A stretch of DNA of 64,000 nucleotides from Tubiluchus corallicola (GCA_030141605.1 JAQGDQ010000119.1:243005-307004); one strand, 5' to 3'; counted from the stretch's first letter, positions 1 through 12,835 are shown. The notes: generated by a model from the letters alone, not told the origin. Numbers and translations are program-made.

Positions 1-174
1 TAGTAGTAGTAAAATCTTTATTTGCCATTTTAAAACATTGACCATCATAATACAAGACAGGCAATCAGTGTTAGTTCATATGAAATTAAACATACACTGT
101 TCTGGGCAAATGCGTCTGGTGCAAGCTAAACTATAAGTGCAACTAGAATTTCAAAAAATAAAATATAAACTAGT

Positions 175-3100
175 TTAGTACGGTCTGGGAAAAATGAAAT
201 TATGATTTGAGTAGGTGTCATCGTGTTCGTATGTCGGATAATCAAAACGTGTCATTAAATGTTTTTTTAATTTAAACTTGAATATTGTTAAAGAGCTGCT
301 GTGTTTTAGTGATGTCGGTAATGAATTCCAAAGTTGTATAGCTTGTTTAGTAATGGAATACTTTCCATATTGGTTGTTCGTTCTGATGTTTTTTAAATTT
401 AGTGTTCTGTTATTCATACTGGGGTTTTTAAGAAGTGGGAGCTTATTGTTTTCAAAGGGAGCATTAATATTGTTGATATATTTATAGAGAAACAGGAGAG
501 TTTGATAATCTCTGTGGGCTTCTAGTATCGGGATTTTCATGGAGTTTCTTAAAGAGGTGGCAGAATATTTACTTGTATTGTGAGATGATTTCAAAGAATG
601 GCCATTAACTAATCGTAAAGCGTAGTTTTGAAGTACATTTAACTTGATGTATGACTCTCTTTTCACTTTTTGGTATAGTATGCAGGCATATAAATAATGC
701 GGCAAAATTAAAGTTTTGTAAATTAGAATTTTTGTTTGTTTTGATAGTTGTCCTCTGATTTGTCGAAGGTACGAAGTACTTAATGCCATTTTTTTATAAA
801 TGTTGATAAACTGCTCTTCCCATGTAAGCATGTTGTCCAACTTAACGCCTAAGAAATTAACAACTTTTGACTGCACGATAACATCATTTTCTATTTGCAA
901 GGATATAGCAGCTGTATTTTCAGTATTGTTAATTGTTGGGGATAATACCATAAATTCTGTTTTGTCACTATTCATTTTTAGCTTGTAATAATTAAATGCC
1001 ATGTTGATATTCTTTATGTCTTTTTCTAAGTACTGTTTTGCAATGCTGATATTATCGTGAGCTAGATAAATAGTCGTATCGTCTGCATATTGCGTAATAC
1101 TTGAATGTTGTAGAACGTTAGAAATATTGTTGATGTAAAGGTTAAACAGTAGAGGTCCCAACAGTGTGCCCTGTGGGATACCTCGTTGAAGGTTAGCCCA
1201 ATCTGAGAATGTTGTAGAGTTTATTTTAACACGCTGCTTTCTATTTCGTAGGTAATCATTAATTAATTTTAAAGCTGATTGTTCAAATCCAAGTTCTTTC
1301 AAATTATCTAATAATAGTGTGTGATTTAAACTGTCGAAAGCTTTACTTAAATCTAGAAAAGCTGCTGCCACATATTTGTTTTTATCAAGATTATCTCGCC
1401 AGTTTTCAGTTACGTTTATTATAGCATCCACAGTTGAATGTTTTTTTCTAAATCCGAATTGATGTTTCGATAAGAGTTCATTTTGATTGACATATGTAAT
1501 AATTTGATTATAGATTACTCTTTCCCAAATTTTACTCATACAATGAACTATTGATACTGGTCTGTAATTTATTGGTTCATCTTTAGCATTCTTTTTGTGG
1601 ATTGGTGTAATATTAGCTGTTTTGCATTGATCAGGAAATTTGCCACGCATTATTATTTGGTTAGTGATATAGGTTATATGTGGAGCAATTAAATGCATAC
1701 TGTCCTTTAGAATTTTTATTGGTATGTCAGATGTGCCACTGCCTTTATTGGCATCTAAATTATTTATTATTTTTAAAATATCAGCAAAAGTAACACTGGA
1801 AAATGAAAATTGGTTATTTGCAGGTCCTATAGTTTTTAGTTTGTCCTTTATGGTATCAATATAATCATTCAGCAAATTAAAGTTTCCGAGGTTAACAAAC
1901 GTCTCATTTAACAAATTCGCAATATCTTTGGGTTTCGTTATTGTGGTATTGTTGATTTTAAGTTCATTTAACCTATTTTGTTTATTTTTATGTTTATTTA
2001 TAACATTGTTGATCACTGTCCATTTTTGTTTTGTAGTGGAGGCACTACTGCATTGTTTTTGAATATATCTGTTTTTTAGAATTTTATTAAGATTGTTGAA
2101 TTTGTTTCTAGCTTTCTTGTACTTTATGTGGTCATTTTTAGATTTAGTGTTAAGCCATATGTTATATAAGTTATTTTTACTATTTCTTAAATCATTAAGT
2201 TCAACATTTGTCCAACTACTTTCACAATTAAGCTTTGATTTGATGTTCAATTCTTTAACTTTTTTGAAAGGTGCATGAAGATCTAAGCAGTATTGGATAT
2301 TGTTTATTAAAATGTCTACTTGAGTGTTTATATCTGTTGTAAGGTATATCTCGCTCCAGTTCATTTTAGCTAAGTCATTTAAAAAGTATGTCTCATTATA
2401 GTGTGTGAAATCTCTGAAACTTTTCCAACACGAATTATGATTTGCTGCATTTAAGTGGAATAATTTATCAGCAGTAATTATAAAATTGTGATCTGAATAT
2501 TCACAAGGTATACTGTCATGAGCTATAAATTTGCAAGGGTTATTAGTAATAAAATGATCGATTAAAGTAAAAGACGTTTTATTGCACCTTGTTGGTTTAT
2601 CGTTGTTTAATAGTTCCACATTAAATAAATTTAGAAGTTCTTTGTACTTTGTATAGGAAGCAGTATTATTAGTAAGAGTGTTAATATTAAAATCGCCCAT
2701 AATTAAGATTTGTTTGTTTTCAAATACTGCTCTTTCTAATTCTATTCCGAAGTATTTAAAAAAAGTTTTTAATTTAGTATTTGGAGGTCTATAAACAGTG
2801 CATACTAAGTAATCCCCGATATTGCACCACAGAGATTCAATCTTTCCTGTTCGCATACCCTTTGTTTCTGTGGCTGTGAAATGTGATGGTATATAGATGG
2901 CTACTCCTCCTCCTTTTTTGTTTTTTGTTCGATCCCTTCTGAATAATGTGTGATTTGGTAACTGTATGGAAGTACTTGAAATTTGTTTATGTAGCCATGT
3001 TTCACTTATGCCAATAATTAGATTTTCCGTGGCATGGACTGTATTTTTTAGATATTCATGTTTTTTTACTAAGCTTTGAATATTAATGTGAAGGAACTTT

Positions 3101-3831
3101 AGATGTTTTTTATAATTGTAAATGAAACTTTTTAATTCTGTATTTATTGTTGGGTTATTGTATTTTGTTGGGCCTGGGTTACTTTCGATTCCTCCTAATA
3201 TGAGTAGCAAAACAGTAATTAATAGTGCATGTGTAAAGTTAGTATAAATTTGAATCACTCTTACAATAGTTTGTATGCACTTATAGTAGGGCTGCACCAA
3301 ACGAATTTGCTTTCGAACTTTTATATAGAGCGATATTAGTAACGATAGTATTACAATAGTAAAGAGAGTTAATCGCGTGACATATTGCTTATAATACAGA
3401 TGCCTCAATTCAACCACATATACAGTGATATTTTCTGAGCTCCAAAGTAAGCACACTGCTGTTATAAAAATTAATTTTGTACATAGTTTACTCGGCTTAA
3501 TGCATCCATAATAAATAGCTATGTAATATAAAATTCCAATTGCGTTTTGAACAAAGTACAATGAGTAAAATGTTGATATACTGTTAATTTTCCAGATAGC
3601 TATAATTATTATTAACACACTAACTGGTAATTTCTTTGCTATGTTCGTGAATGTTTGTATGCTGATTAGAAATAACATATGACAAGAGAAAGAAATAACT
3701 AATTGTATTTTACAGTTGCTTCCATCATTAAACGCAGACTTTGCTATTTTATATTGTGAAATGAAATTAATTAAGACGAGTACAGCAATTATCGTGACAA
3801 ATTTAAATATAATAATAAAATTGGAACCCAT
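175..3831 (-). CDS. LINE ORF2, 1218 aa: hydrophobic N-terminal ~220 aa, 2A-like motif, APE endonuclease, reverse transcriptase
   Basis: APE motifs HINIQSL, ISETWL, VYRPP, MGDFN, IDHF and SDH. RT motifs NYRPVS, QFGFR, FLDLSKAFD, GIPQGTLLGPLLF, YADD (1078-1089) and FLGV. CR1-group C-terminus LWNSLP. Confidence 0.95.
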   Translation of the reverse strand: MGSNFIIIFKFVTIIAVLVLINFISQYKIAKSAFNDGSNCKIQLVISFSCHMLFLISIQTFTNIAKKLPVSVLIIIIAIWKINSISTFYSLYFVQNAIGILYYIAIYYGCIKPSKLCTKLIFITAVCLLWSSENITVYVVELRHLYYKQYVTRLTLFTIVILSLLISLYIKVRKQIRLVQPYYKCIQTIVRVIQIYTNFTHALLITVLLLILGGIESNPGPTKYNNPTINTELKSFIYNYKKHLKFLHINIQSLVKKHEYLKNTVHATENLIIGISETWLHKQISSTSIQLPNHTLFRRDRTKNKKGGGVAIYIPSHFTATETKGMRTGKIESLWCNIGDYLVCTVYRPPNTKLKTFFKYFGIELERAVFENKQILIMGDFNINTLTNNTASYTKYKELLNLFNVELLNNDKPTRCNKTSFTLIDHFITNNPCKFIAHDSIPCEYSDHNFIITADKLFHLNAANHNSCWKSFRDFTHYNETYFLNDLAKMNWSEIYLTTDINTQVDILINNIQYCLDLHAPFKKVKELNIKSKLNCESSWTNVELNDLRNSKNNLYNIWLNTKSKNDHIKYKKARNKFNNLNKILKNRYIQKQCSSASTTKQKWTVINNVINKHKNKQNRLNELKINNTTITKPKDIANLLNETFVNLGNFNLLNDYIDTIKDKLKTIGPANNQFSFSSVTFADILKIINNLDANKGSGTSDIPIKILKDSMHLIAPHITYITNQIIMRGKFPDQCKTANITPIHKKNAKDEPINYRPVSIVHCMSKIWERVIYNQIITYVNQNELLSKHQFGFRKKHSTVDAIINVTENWRDNLDKNKYVAAAFLDLSKAFDSLNHTLLLDNLKELGFEQSALKLINDYLRNRKQRVKINSTTFSDWANLQRGIPQGTLLGPLLFNLYINNISNVLQHSSITQYADDTTIYLAHDNISIAKQYLEKDIKNINMAFNYYKLKMNSDKTEFMVLSPTINNTENTAAISLQIENDVIVQSKVVNFLGVKLDNMLTWEEQFINIYKKMALSTSYLRQIRGQLSKQTKILIYKTLILPHYLYACILYQKVKRESYIKLNVLQNYALRLVNGHSLKSSHNTSKYSATSLRNSMKIPILEAHRDYQTLLFLYKYINNINAPFENNKLPLLKNPSMNNRTLNLKNIRTNNQYGKYSITKQAIQLWNSLPTSLKHSSSLTIFKFKLKKHLMTRFDYPTYEHDDTYSNHNFIFPRPY

Positions 3832-3946
3832 TATTTAGATAAAATATATAAACAGTAAAATGATAAAAACAGCTTTGTGTACATTTATTGGTATGAGAAT
3901 ACTTTATATCTTATTCTGGGGTTCTAATTGTGCGTGCTTTATATTT

Positions 3947-4585
3947 CTATATGACCTTAGCAACGAGTTCACGCATCAGAGTTTTAAAGGCCTTTTTTAG
4001 TTCACCTTGCTTTTTAATCTGATTGTTTTGTATATAGGGTTCTGTGTTTGCAAAATCGTGTTGGTTTGCGTTTCTCGTGTATCCCGTGTTTTCATTATCT
4101 GTATGTGAAGACCTAGCATCTTCGTGCATTATTTGACCGGCGTTAGAAGAGTCCTTGTTATTGTCTGCACAATACGAGGTGCTCAAAACAAACGAGCTAG
4201 GCCTATTCACAAGTTCTGGTTTCTCATTGAAGTGGTTTGTACTAATTGCAGGTGTTGTAACGCTTGTGGGCCTAGTAGTTAATGACCTATTATCTGTTGT
4301 AAACGGGGTCGGCAGTAGGCCAGGCTTCGACACGTTTATAGGATAAGGTCCATTTACTGCATTAGCATAAGTTGACGGCCTAAAATTACTGTTTTCTACA
4401 GAAGGTACTCTAGATACGTGATAGCTGTTGCTTTTTTTCGCTCTGTACCAACGGTCTTTGTCATTTATACACAATTTCATACGTTCTGTTAACTTGCTGA
4501 CCCCCAGCCTACTAAAATGCAAGCCATCTCTAGCCATTAAGTTTTCATCTGTGAAATGGCTAACTAAATCTCTAAAAATGACCAC
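3947..4585 (-). CDS. 3' part of LINE ORF1 with C-terminal block of an SGNH/GDSL esterase domain (5'-truncated)
   Basis: VIFRDLVSHF...RDGLHFSRLG matches the DxxH block of the esterase known from CR1/L2 ORF1 proteins. It lies just upstream of ORF2 and is cut at the junction with the inverted copy. Confidence 0.75.
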   Translation of the reverse strand: MVIFRDLVSHFTDENLMARDGLHFSRLGVSKLTERMKLCINDKDRWYRAKKSNSYHVSRVPSVENSNFRPSTYANAVNGPYPINVSKPGLLPTPFTTDNRSLTTRPTSVTTPAISTNHFNEKPELVNRPSSFVLSTSYCADNNKDSSNAGQIMHEDARSSHTDNENTGYTRNANQHDFANTEPYIQNNQIKKQGELKKAFKTLMRELVAKVI

Positions 4586-6723
4586 ATAAAGTTCAAGAAA
4601 GCTAGAAACAAATTCAACAATCTTAATAAAATTTTAAAAAACAGATATATTCAAAAACAATGCAGTAGTGCCTCCACTACAAAACAAAAATGGACAGTGA
4701 TCAACAATGTTATAAATAAACATAAAAATAAACAAAATAGGTTAAATGAACTTAAAATCAACAATACCACAATAACGAAACCCAAAGATATTGCAAATTT
4801 GTTAAATGAGACGTTTGTTAACCTCGGAAACTTTAATTTGCAGACTGATTATACTGATACCATAAAAGACAAACTAAAAACTGTAGGACCTGCAAATAAC
4901 CAATTTTCATTTTCCAGTGTTACTTTTGCTGATATTTTAAAAAAAATAAATAATTTAGATGCCAATAAAGGTAGTGGCACATCTGACATACCAATAAAAA
5001 TTCTAAAGGACAGTATGCATTTAACTGCTCCACATATAACCTATATCACTAACCAAATAATTATGCGTGGCAAATTTCCTGATCAATGCAAAACAGCTAA
5101 TATTGCACCAATCCACAACAAGAATGCTAAAAATGAACCAATAAATTACAGACCAGTATCAATAGTTCATTGTGTGAGTAAAATTTGGGAAAGAGTAATC
5201 TATGATCTAATTATTACATATGTCAATCAAAATAAACTCTTATCGAAACATCAATTAATTCGGATTTAGAAGAAAACATTCAATTGTCGATGCTATAATA
5301 AACGTAACTGAAAACTGGCGAGATAATCTTGATAAAAACAAATATATGGCAGCAGCTTTTCTAGATTTAAGTAAAGCTTTCGACAGTTTAAATCACACAC
5401 TACTATTAGATAATTTGAAAGAACTTGGATTTGAACAATCAGCATTAAAATTAATTAATGATTACCTACAAAATAGAAAGCAGCGGGTTAAAATAAACTC
5501 TACAACCTTCTCAGATTGGGCTAACCTACAACGAGGTATCCCGCAGGGCACACTGTTGGGACCTCTACTGTTTAACCTTTACATCAACAATATTTCTAAC
5601 GTTCTACAGCATTCAAGTATTACGCAATATGCAACATGACACGACTATTTATCTGGCTCACGAGAATATCAGCATTGCAAAACAGTACTTAGAAAAAGAC
5701 ATAAAGAATATCAACATGGCATTCATTTAATTATTACAAGCTAAAAATGAATAGTGACAAAACAGAATTTATGGTATTATCCCCAACAATTAACAATACT
5801 GAAAATACAGCTGCTATATCCTTGCAAATAGAAAATGATGTTACTGTGCAGTCAAAAGTTGTTAATTTCTTAGACGTTAAGTTGGACAACATGCTTACGT
5901 GGGAAGAGCAGTTCATCAATATTTATAAAAAAATGGCATTAAGTACTTCGTACCTTCGACAAATCAGAGGACAGCTATCAAAACAAAAACTCTAATTTAC
6001 AAAACTTTAATTTTGCCCCATTATTTATATGCCTGCATACTGTACCAAAACGTGAAAAGAGAATCATACATCAAATTAAATGTACTTCAAAACTACGCTT
6101 TGCGATTAGTTAATGGCCATTCTTTGAAATCATCTCACAATACAAGTAAATATTCTGCCACCTCTTTAAGAAACTCCACGAAAATCCCGATACTAGAAGC
6201 CCACAGAGATTATCAAACTCTCCTGTTTCTCTATAAATATATCAACAATATTAATTCTCCTTTCAAAAACAATGAGCTCCCACTTCTTAAAAACCCCAGT
6301 ATGAATAACAGAACACTAAATTTAAGAAACATTAGAACGAACAACCAATATGGAAAGAATTCCATTACTAAGCAAGCAATACAATTTGGAATTCATTACC
6401 GACATCACTAAAACACAGCAGCTCTTTATCAATATTCAAGTCTAAATTAAAAAAACATTTAACGACTCGTTTTGAATATCCGACATACGAACACGATGAT
6501 ACTTACTCAAATCATAATTTCATTTTTGCTAGACCTGACTAAACTAGTTTATATTTTATTTTTTGAAATTCTAGTTGCACTTATAGTTTAGCTTGCACCA
6601 GACGCATTTGCCCAGAACAGTGTATGTTTAATTTCATATGAACTAACACTGATTGCCTGTCTTGTATTATGATGGTCAATGTTTTAAAATGGCAAATAAA
6701 GATTTTACTACTACTACTACTAC
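4571..6723 (+). mobile_element. Degenerate 3' half of the same LINE family (RT region, 3' UTR, (ACT)n tail), inverted relative to 1-2150
   Basis: Near-identical reverse complement of 1-2150. RT is split into ORFs 4697-5269, 5346-5639, 5747-5995 and 6013-6411 by small indels, and YADD is destroyed (~5628-5640). Tail at 6707-6723. Confidence 0.93.
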
Positions 6724-7749
6724 ATTAGTCAAGAACAGTCAAAGTAAATCTATTCACTTTAATCATTAAATTTATCACGGTATATGAACAAAACTTTTTT
6801 TAACACCCAACTGTCTGTGCGCCTTGATTATACTCTAAACTCGCTACCTAGTGTGAATACAAAGTGTATTAATAAGTCAGTGTCAGTGCAAACTTAGTGC
6901 TAACGAAAAATTATGTTTAAAAATACAAATCAAAATTCGTAACAAACAGTAAATTAATAAATTGAAAAGTAACGTATTAAATTGGGCTCGCAATACTGCA
7001 CATACTGCGCCTGGTAATCAAGAGAGATACCTGCTTTCTGCAGCGAAGATTTTGCAATGAGCGAACGTACAGACGGTTAAACCCCGTTATGCAAGGAATG
7101 ATTTGGCGTTTAAGAACAAGCTATAGGAGATTTTATGAATTAATAGTAACGATGGGACAAATTACTTTGTGCCAAACGATGTCAGACCACTCAGTTATTG
7201 TGTTTTAGAACGAACCAGGCCACAGAGATACTGCAAAGCTCATGCAGACAATGCACACAGGTTACAAACCTAGATTCTCAGTGCTGTGCAACAAGATTTT
7301 ACAAATACTGCCAATACTGTAGTCCATAATCATGTTTAAAACAAGTTCAGATAGAATTGCATAAAGTTTGGTAAATAATCAGAGAATTCGTAATACACTT
7401 TTCGCTAAATAAGCAAACGTTTAAATTACTTTATGTTGTCAATAAGACTAATAACGTGTTTTTGGTGAGCCAATAGTGCATACTGTGATACAGTGACGTT
7501 TTGGCAGTTGGTGAGAACATTTAAATTATAAAGATTTGTTTTCCAATTACATAAGTCTTTCAAGCAGCTGAGCCTAATGTTAAGTAAGATAACTTTGTAT
7601 CGATTTTTTTGTATATACTTTAAAATTCCTTTTGCTTCCCTTTGAGATTTAATATTCATGTCCTCTATAACATACAGTCTTTTCCAATAGTTCACTATTT
7701 AAATCATCTCATTAATTCTCTTCTCCAAACAGATTACTTCCTGCTTCTT

Positions 7750-7900
7750 ACTTTCAGTCAAGCACACCGATCTGAAAAATCGGCTTTGTAAAATTCCGCA
7801 AAATGCCCAGGGCAGTTTGATATTGATTTCCATCAAGGTATCGGTCCGAAGCCTGTGTAATGTACAATGCGTGTTGAGGTTGCATGAACTTCTTTCTAGC
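7750..7900 (-). pseudogene. Highly degenerate LINE RT remnant
   Basis: Minus-strand pieces (STRIVH..., RYLDGNQYQTALGILRNFTKPIF) loosely resemble the STTHAL...LDFSKAFD RT block. Confidence 0.3.
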
Positions 7901-7944
7901 CTTTAATTAATTTGAAACGCCTTGTCGGAGGATGGAATGAGAAC

Positions 7945-8295
7945 GAAAACACGTTTGAAACACTGTGCTGGGGGTGGAAATGACCACAAAAACATTTGCA
8001 AGCACGTTGCCGGTGGTGTAAATGACCGCGAAGACGATCGGAGCACCTTGCTGGGGGTAGAAAAGACCGTGAAAACGTTTATGAGCACCTTGCTGGGGGT
8101 GCAAATGATCTTGAAAACGTTTGAAGCACCTATCTGTGGGTAGAAATTACCTCAAAAAACTTTGAATCACCCTTGTTAGGGTGGAAATAACCGCAAAAAT
8201 ATTGGCCAGCACCTTGCTACGGATAAAAACAACCGCGGAAACGCTTGCAAGCACCTTGCCTGGATTGGAAATGACTGCCAAAACGTTTGCGAGCG
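7945..8295. repeat. Degenerate minisatellite, ~41-42 bp unit, about 8-9 copies
   Basis: Consensus by eye GAAAACGTTTGCAAGCACCTTGCTGGGGGTGGAAATGACCGC. Confidence 0.85.
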
Positions 8296-8497
8296 TTTTC
8301 ATTAGATTTGATTAGTATCCTGAATTGATTAATTAGTAAAATTTAACAATCTTTGGTATTGATTAAAATCTTGTATTACCACCTATTTTAATATTTTTAA
8401 GTTGGTATTAAACAACAACCACAGTACAATGATTATGGCAGTATTACTCTAAATGAAGTACTCAAAGTTGCAGTTATTTGTCAGTCAATCAACTCTT

Positions 8498-8790
8498 GTT
8501 TACCGAAGCTCTACCTGTATTTTGAACAAAATTGTCCCACGTATTAAAAAAATCTACTGCCTTACTGAAGCTCCGCCCACATGTTGAAAAAATCTCCTGC
8601 TTTACCGAAGCTCCACCCAGTATGTTTAAAAAAAATTTACTAGTGCTCGGCCATATGAAAATTTCTCCTATCTTATTAAAGCTCTTCTCACATGCTGGAA
8701 GAAAGTGTTTAGCAAGGCTGTGGGTACACATTGAGAAAGTTCTCGCAATTTACCAAAAGCTCCGCCCACGTCTTGAAAAAATTTCTGCTT
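8498..8790. repeat. Second degenerate minisatellite, ~40 bp unit
   Basis: Consensus by eye TTACCGAAGCTCCGCCCACATGTTGAAAAAATCTCCTGCT. Confidence 0.75.
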
Positions 8791-10179
8791 AAATTTCGGT
8801 TCCAAACACTCTAAAATGACACTTAAATAATTTCCTAAAGAACGCGATTGAGATACTGGCATTCTTCTATTGATTCATTCTTGCAAAATTTAATAATTAA
8901 CAGGAATTTTTTCAAAATGTGAGAGGAGATTTGTTAAAACAGGAGAACTTTTTAAAAAAATTTCATTATCTTCACGGATTTTACATTAGCGTGAAAATTA
9001 ATAACTTTTTCGATTGCATATCCTATATCCTACTGGTTTTTAAAACAGCGTACTCAAGAGGCACGCAGTCACAGAGCCCACCTGTTTTTGTTGCAGAGCA
9101 ACGAAAGCGCTAGAAGACGCAAAAATTTCCGAAATTTGCACCCTGAAATTATTAACAGAAATCATAAAAACACTTCCAAAACTTTACTTTCAGGATTTTG
9201 GTTTTATGACTTGGCAAATGACGAGATGGATTAGCAAGATTTATCCTACACAGAAATATTTCAAACTCGAAATACTAGTTTCTCGACTGTGTACAGAGTG
9301 AAGGAGTATGGGCCCAGGTAAGTGTTCACAAAGTAGTATTTGTTTATTGAACAATCTTGCACACATCAAAAAGGTATTGTAATTTGTGTTTTTATTGCAA
9401 GTTAGCACAATGCAAACCAGAATGCAGCACTCAAGGACAAACCTTACTAGTAACGTTGAGTACGTGTGGTGGGACTGGAATTTATCCAATTAATAAGCAG
9501 GAGTGTCTCACTGAATGCTAATCACCAAGTCTCCCGCTGAATATCTTTCGCCATCGGGGGCAGGAGGGAGTAGAGCATTATAGTGCCCATCCATTTACTG
9601 AGACGCTCGACAATGCTTCACTTTCATATAAAGTATGAAAGATCATCACACGAAAAAAATAACATATTTGATTTAATATTACATTGTCTATAAATTTATT
9701 AGGTGTTTATTAAACTGGTGATGAGGGGAGTAGATTGATAGATGGTGTGTTTGCTTAGCATACGGTGAGTTAGACAGTTAAACAGCGCTAAGCCTGTTCA
9801 CAAAATGCAGACAGCCTGGGATCACTAATTCTGCATGCGCTGCTGCATTTGCTGTGCAGCATCCGATGCTTCCAATCATGTTTTTCACTGGGAGAGGTAT
9901 ACAAACTTGGATAAGATGTCTTCAGGATATCATCTTAAAGTTTGTCCTTGACAATGAAATGGCTTGTGTCTCACCACAACCATCATTAGTAGCAAGCTGT
10001 TTAAGCTGTTGCGTTCATTTATTAATTCATTAACTTTAAATAGCCTCTCGGAAAAAGAGGTGCTTTTAAAAACGACATCTTTTTCGAACTACTAATTATT
10101 ACGGAAACCTACGTGTAGTTTGTGATAACTTTTATCTATAGTACAACATTTTCGCGACAGATGTCACCACCATGTAATA

Positions 10180-10366
<187 letters not shown>

Positions 10367-10904
10367 AGACCGTTTATAACTGATAGTATTATGTTGTTGG
10401 ACAATTTTGTGGAAATTCAGTTTCGCAAAACTTTATCTATAGAATTATCTTCGTTGAATTTCGTAATTTCTTGATGTCTTCTACACGAAATCGTAGAGCG
10501 TAGTGACGAAAAATGTGGATTTCTATGTTAATGGAGAGATACGAACGTGTTCTGATTCGTTTATTGTGTTAAATTGTAAAATGCTATCAACGCAGGGTGT
10601 AATAGTAGCAATCTTCACGACTTCAATTCTAAATCTAAATCTAGTGTGTCGCAATTATTAAGATTTATTAATAATATTACATAAACTGTGATTTGCCATC
10701 GAACCAAGCTAACATTTTATTTAAAACATAAAACATTATATAAAAATTAATAATCTAATCAATATGGCGTAGAAAAATAAATTTTCATTTATTATCTATA
10801 CAACTGATGAATTAGAAATTATTATTAGAAATTTAATAGAATTTGATTTATTAAATTTTGCCAGACGAAAACTTGCTTATTGTCAGGATTAATTTTATAC
10901 ACTC

Positions 10905-12835
10905 TCACTGATATGTAACAAAAAGAGGATCTCCAACTTTTATTGCTCCAAGTTCATCCATGGAAAGATAAACACCCATCATTCCATTATCTCCATATAC
11001 GGCTTTTTCTCGAAATGATGCTGGTCTGTATCTAAAAATGTAATAAATTGTAATCATATTAACACGTTTTCACTGTTGACAACAAAGCTCAAGCAAACAA
11101 GACTGAAACAATTCAGATCAAAATCAGCAAGCATGACTACGTTTATCATGCGACTATGCCTGGTCCAGTGTTGTTTACTTATGCCAAAACCTGCAGATTA
11201 TTAATGTAATTATGCTCTTGTGTGACTTACCAGTGTACTTGGTGGTCGCAACTAATTCTCATTTGACCATATCTGGGCCAGTGCTATCTAGGTCCCTTAA
11301 TCATATTCCCTATATCGGAGACCCTATAGGATTATATGGGGTATACCCCAATGCTTGCCCTATAAGTTTCATGACACTAAGTACTATAGTTTAAGAGTTA
11401 TTCAAAATTATGATTCTATACCTAACATTAATGATGAAATGAAATGAAAACTAGTCCAGAATGTGAAGCATTGGGTTATTCGCCTATTAGTTTTTTGCCC
11501 AATTGCCTAGATACATCGTTTACAAGACCACTGTCATTGAAATGGCTATCATGACAAACCATCCTCCCCAATTTTTTTCTTTTTAGCTGGTCCAGAAAGT
11601 GAGCTACAACCCTTTAAAATGACTAGCAAAACCCGGCGAGCTTTGGTTGCTTTTCCTGTTACATCGCCACTCGCTATACTTGCAGGATGATTTCAGTCAA
11701 GGTGCAACTATTCTCTATTCCTTTCACTCTTTCCCTCTTTCTCTCCTCCCACTCTCTCTCTCCTCTCTTCTCTCTCCCTCCCCTCTCTCCCTCTGTCTTT
11801 CTCTTCTCTCTTTTATCTCACCCTCTCTGCCTTGGTAACATAGAAAGACATACAGCAACCCGAAAGTGCTTGGAATTACCGCCGATAAACATATGAATTT
11901 TAGTAGCCATACTTTTAGGACCAGACTTGGAAGAAATGGACTAAACATAAGAATGCAATTTATAAAACGTTATAGTTTTGTTTTGCCATAGTTTTTTACA
12001 AACAATCTTGTGAAATTGATCATTAAATTATTAAAAGCATCTGAATGTAATAAAGTCCAGTATTGCACCATTGTCGATATCAACCGCTCAAAGAATTTTT
12101 CCTACTACAATACTTAACTTCGGAAAATCGATCATATTTCGGAGGCAAATAAATTTCTAGAAACACGACTGCGTAGCGGCCGCCACGCTCTAGGCCATGA
12201 CGACCAAGGCGGTATAAAAAAACTGGCTTTTTATAGAAGCTAAGAGGACAGCCATGAACCTAAGATGATAATGATGATGATGACAACAACGACGATGAAG
12301 TTTGCCTCACAATGAGCAAATGACAAAGTCTTGTATTATACAAACATGAATCATAAGAACAACACGCCGAACTGAACGTCTCTATAAAGTTATTTGCAGA
12401 AGAATAACACAAAAATCATCATACGGGCATATCCGCTGCTGGCGGATGAATATCTATGGCAACTGTTATAATCCATGTCGTTACATACATAAAAACTAAG
12501 TTATTAAACGCTAGTGACAAGAATGCCAGCAAGTCGATATATATTTCAAATACAGGTAACACACAGCATACTTACCTTTCTAAACTCTTTTTTAAACTAA
12601 ATTTGGTGTCCATCTGTCCTGTTTCCTGGTCAACACAGGGCAATGTGCAGCGGCCACACCTGAATATCACGCGTCCTGATACATTTTCACCAATCCGGAA
12701 TGTAGACCATTTTTCCTGAAAAATTCGTAGTTAAAGTTCCTTCTTTTGCAAAGTCAGTTAATATTCATTAAATCGTCTTTATTATTGAAGTATTACTAAA
12801 AAGTATTAAACTTCAAAACTTTCTCTCTGTGTCCC

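Larger units (their letters stand above)
1..4585 (-). mobile_element. CR1-group (L2/Crack/Daphne-like) non-LTR retrotransposon, 5'-truncated within ORF1, with AATAAA and (CTA)n 3' tail
   Basis: Minus strand reads ORF1 fragment (3947-4585), intact ORF2 (175-3831), then a 3' UTR ending ...GGCAAATAAAGATTTT(ACT)n at window position 1. Confidence 0.93.

Noticed and set aside
278-4346. Short + strand ORFs within the LINE
   Set aside because: Antisense shadows of ORF1 and ORF2 with no recognisable motifs.
4571-6723. Twin-priming 5' inversion of a single LINE insertion
   Set aside because: Both arms carry 3' tails and duplicate the same 3' region with sequence differences, which twin priming does not produce.
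7945-8295. Regularly spaced repeats resembling a CRISPR array
   Set aside because: Units are contiguous degenerate tandem copies with no unique spacers. Eukaryotic context, no cas genes.
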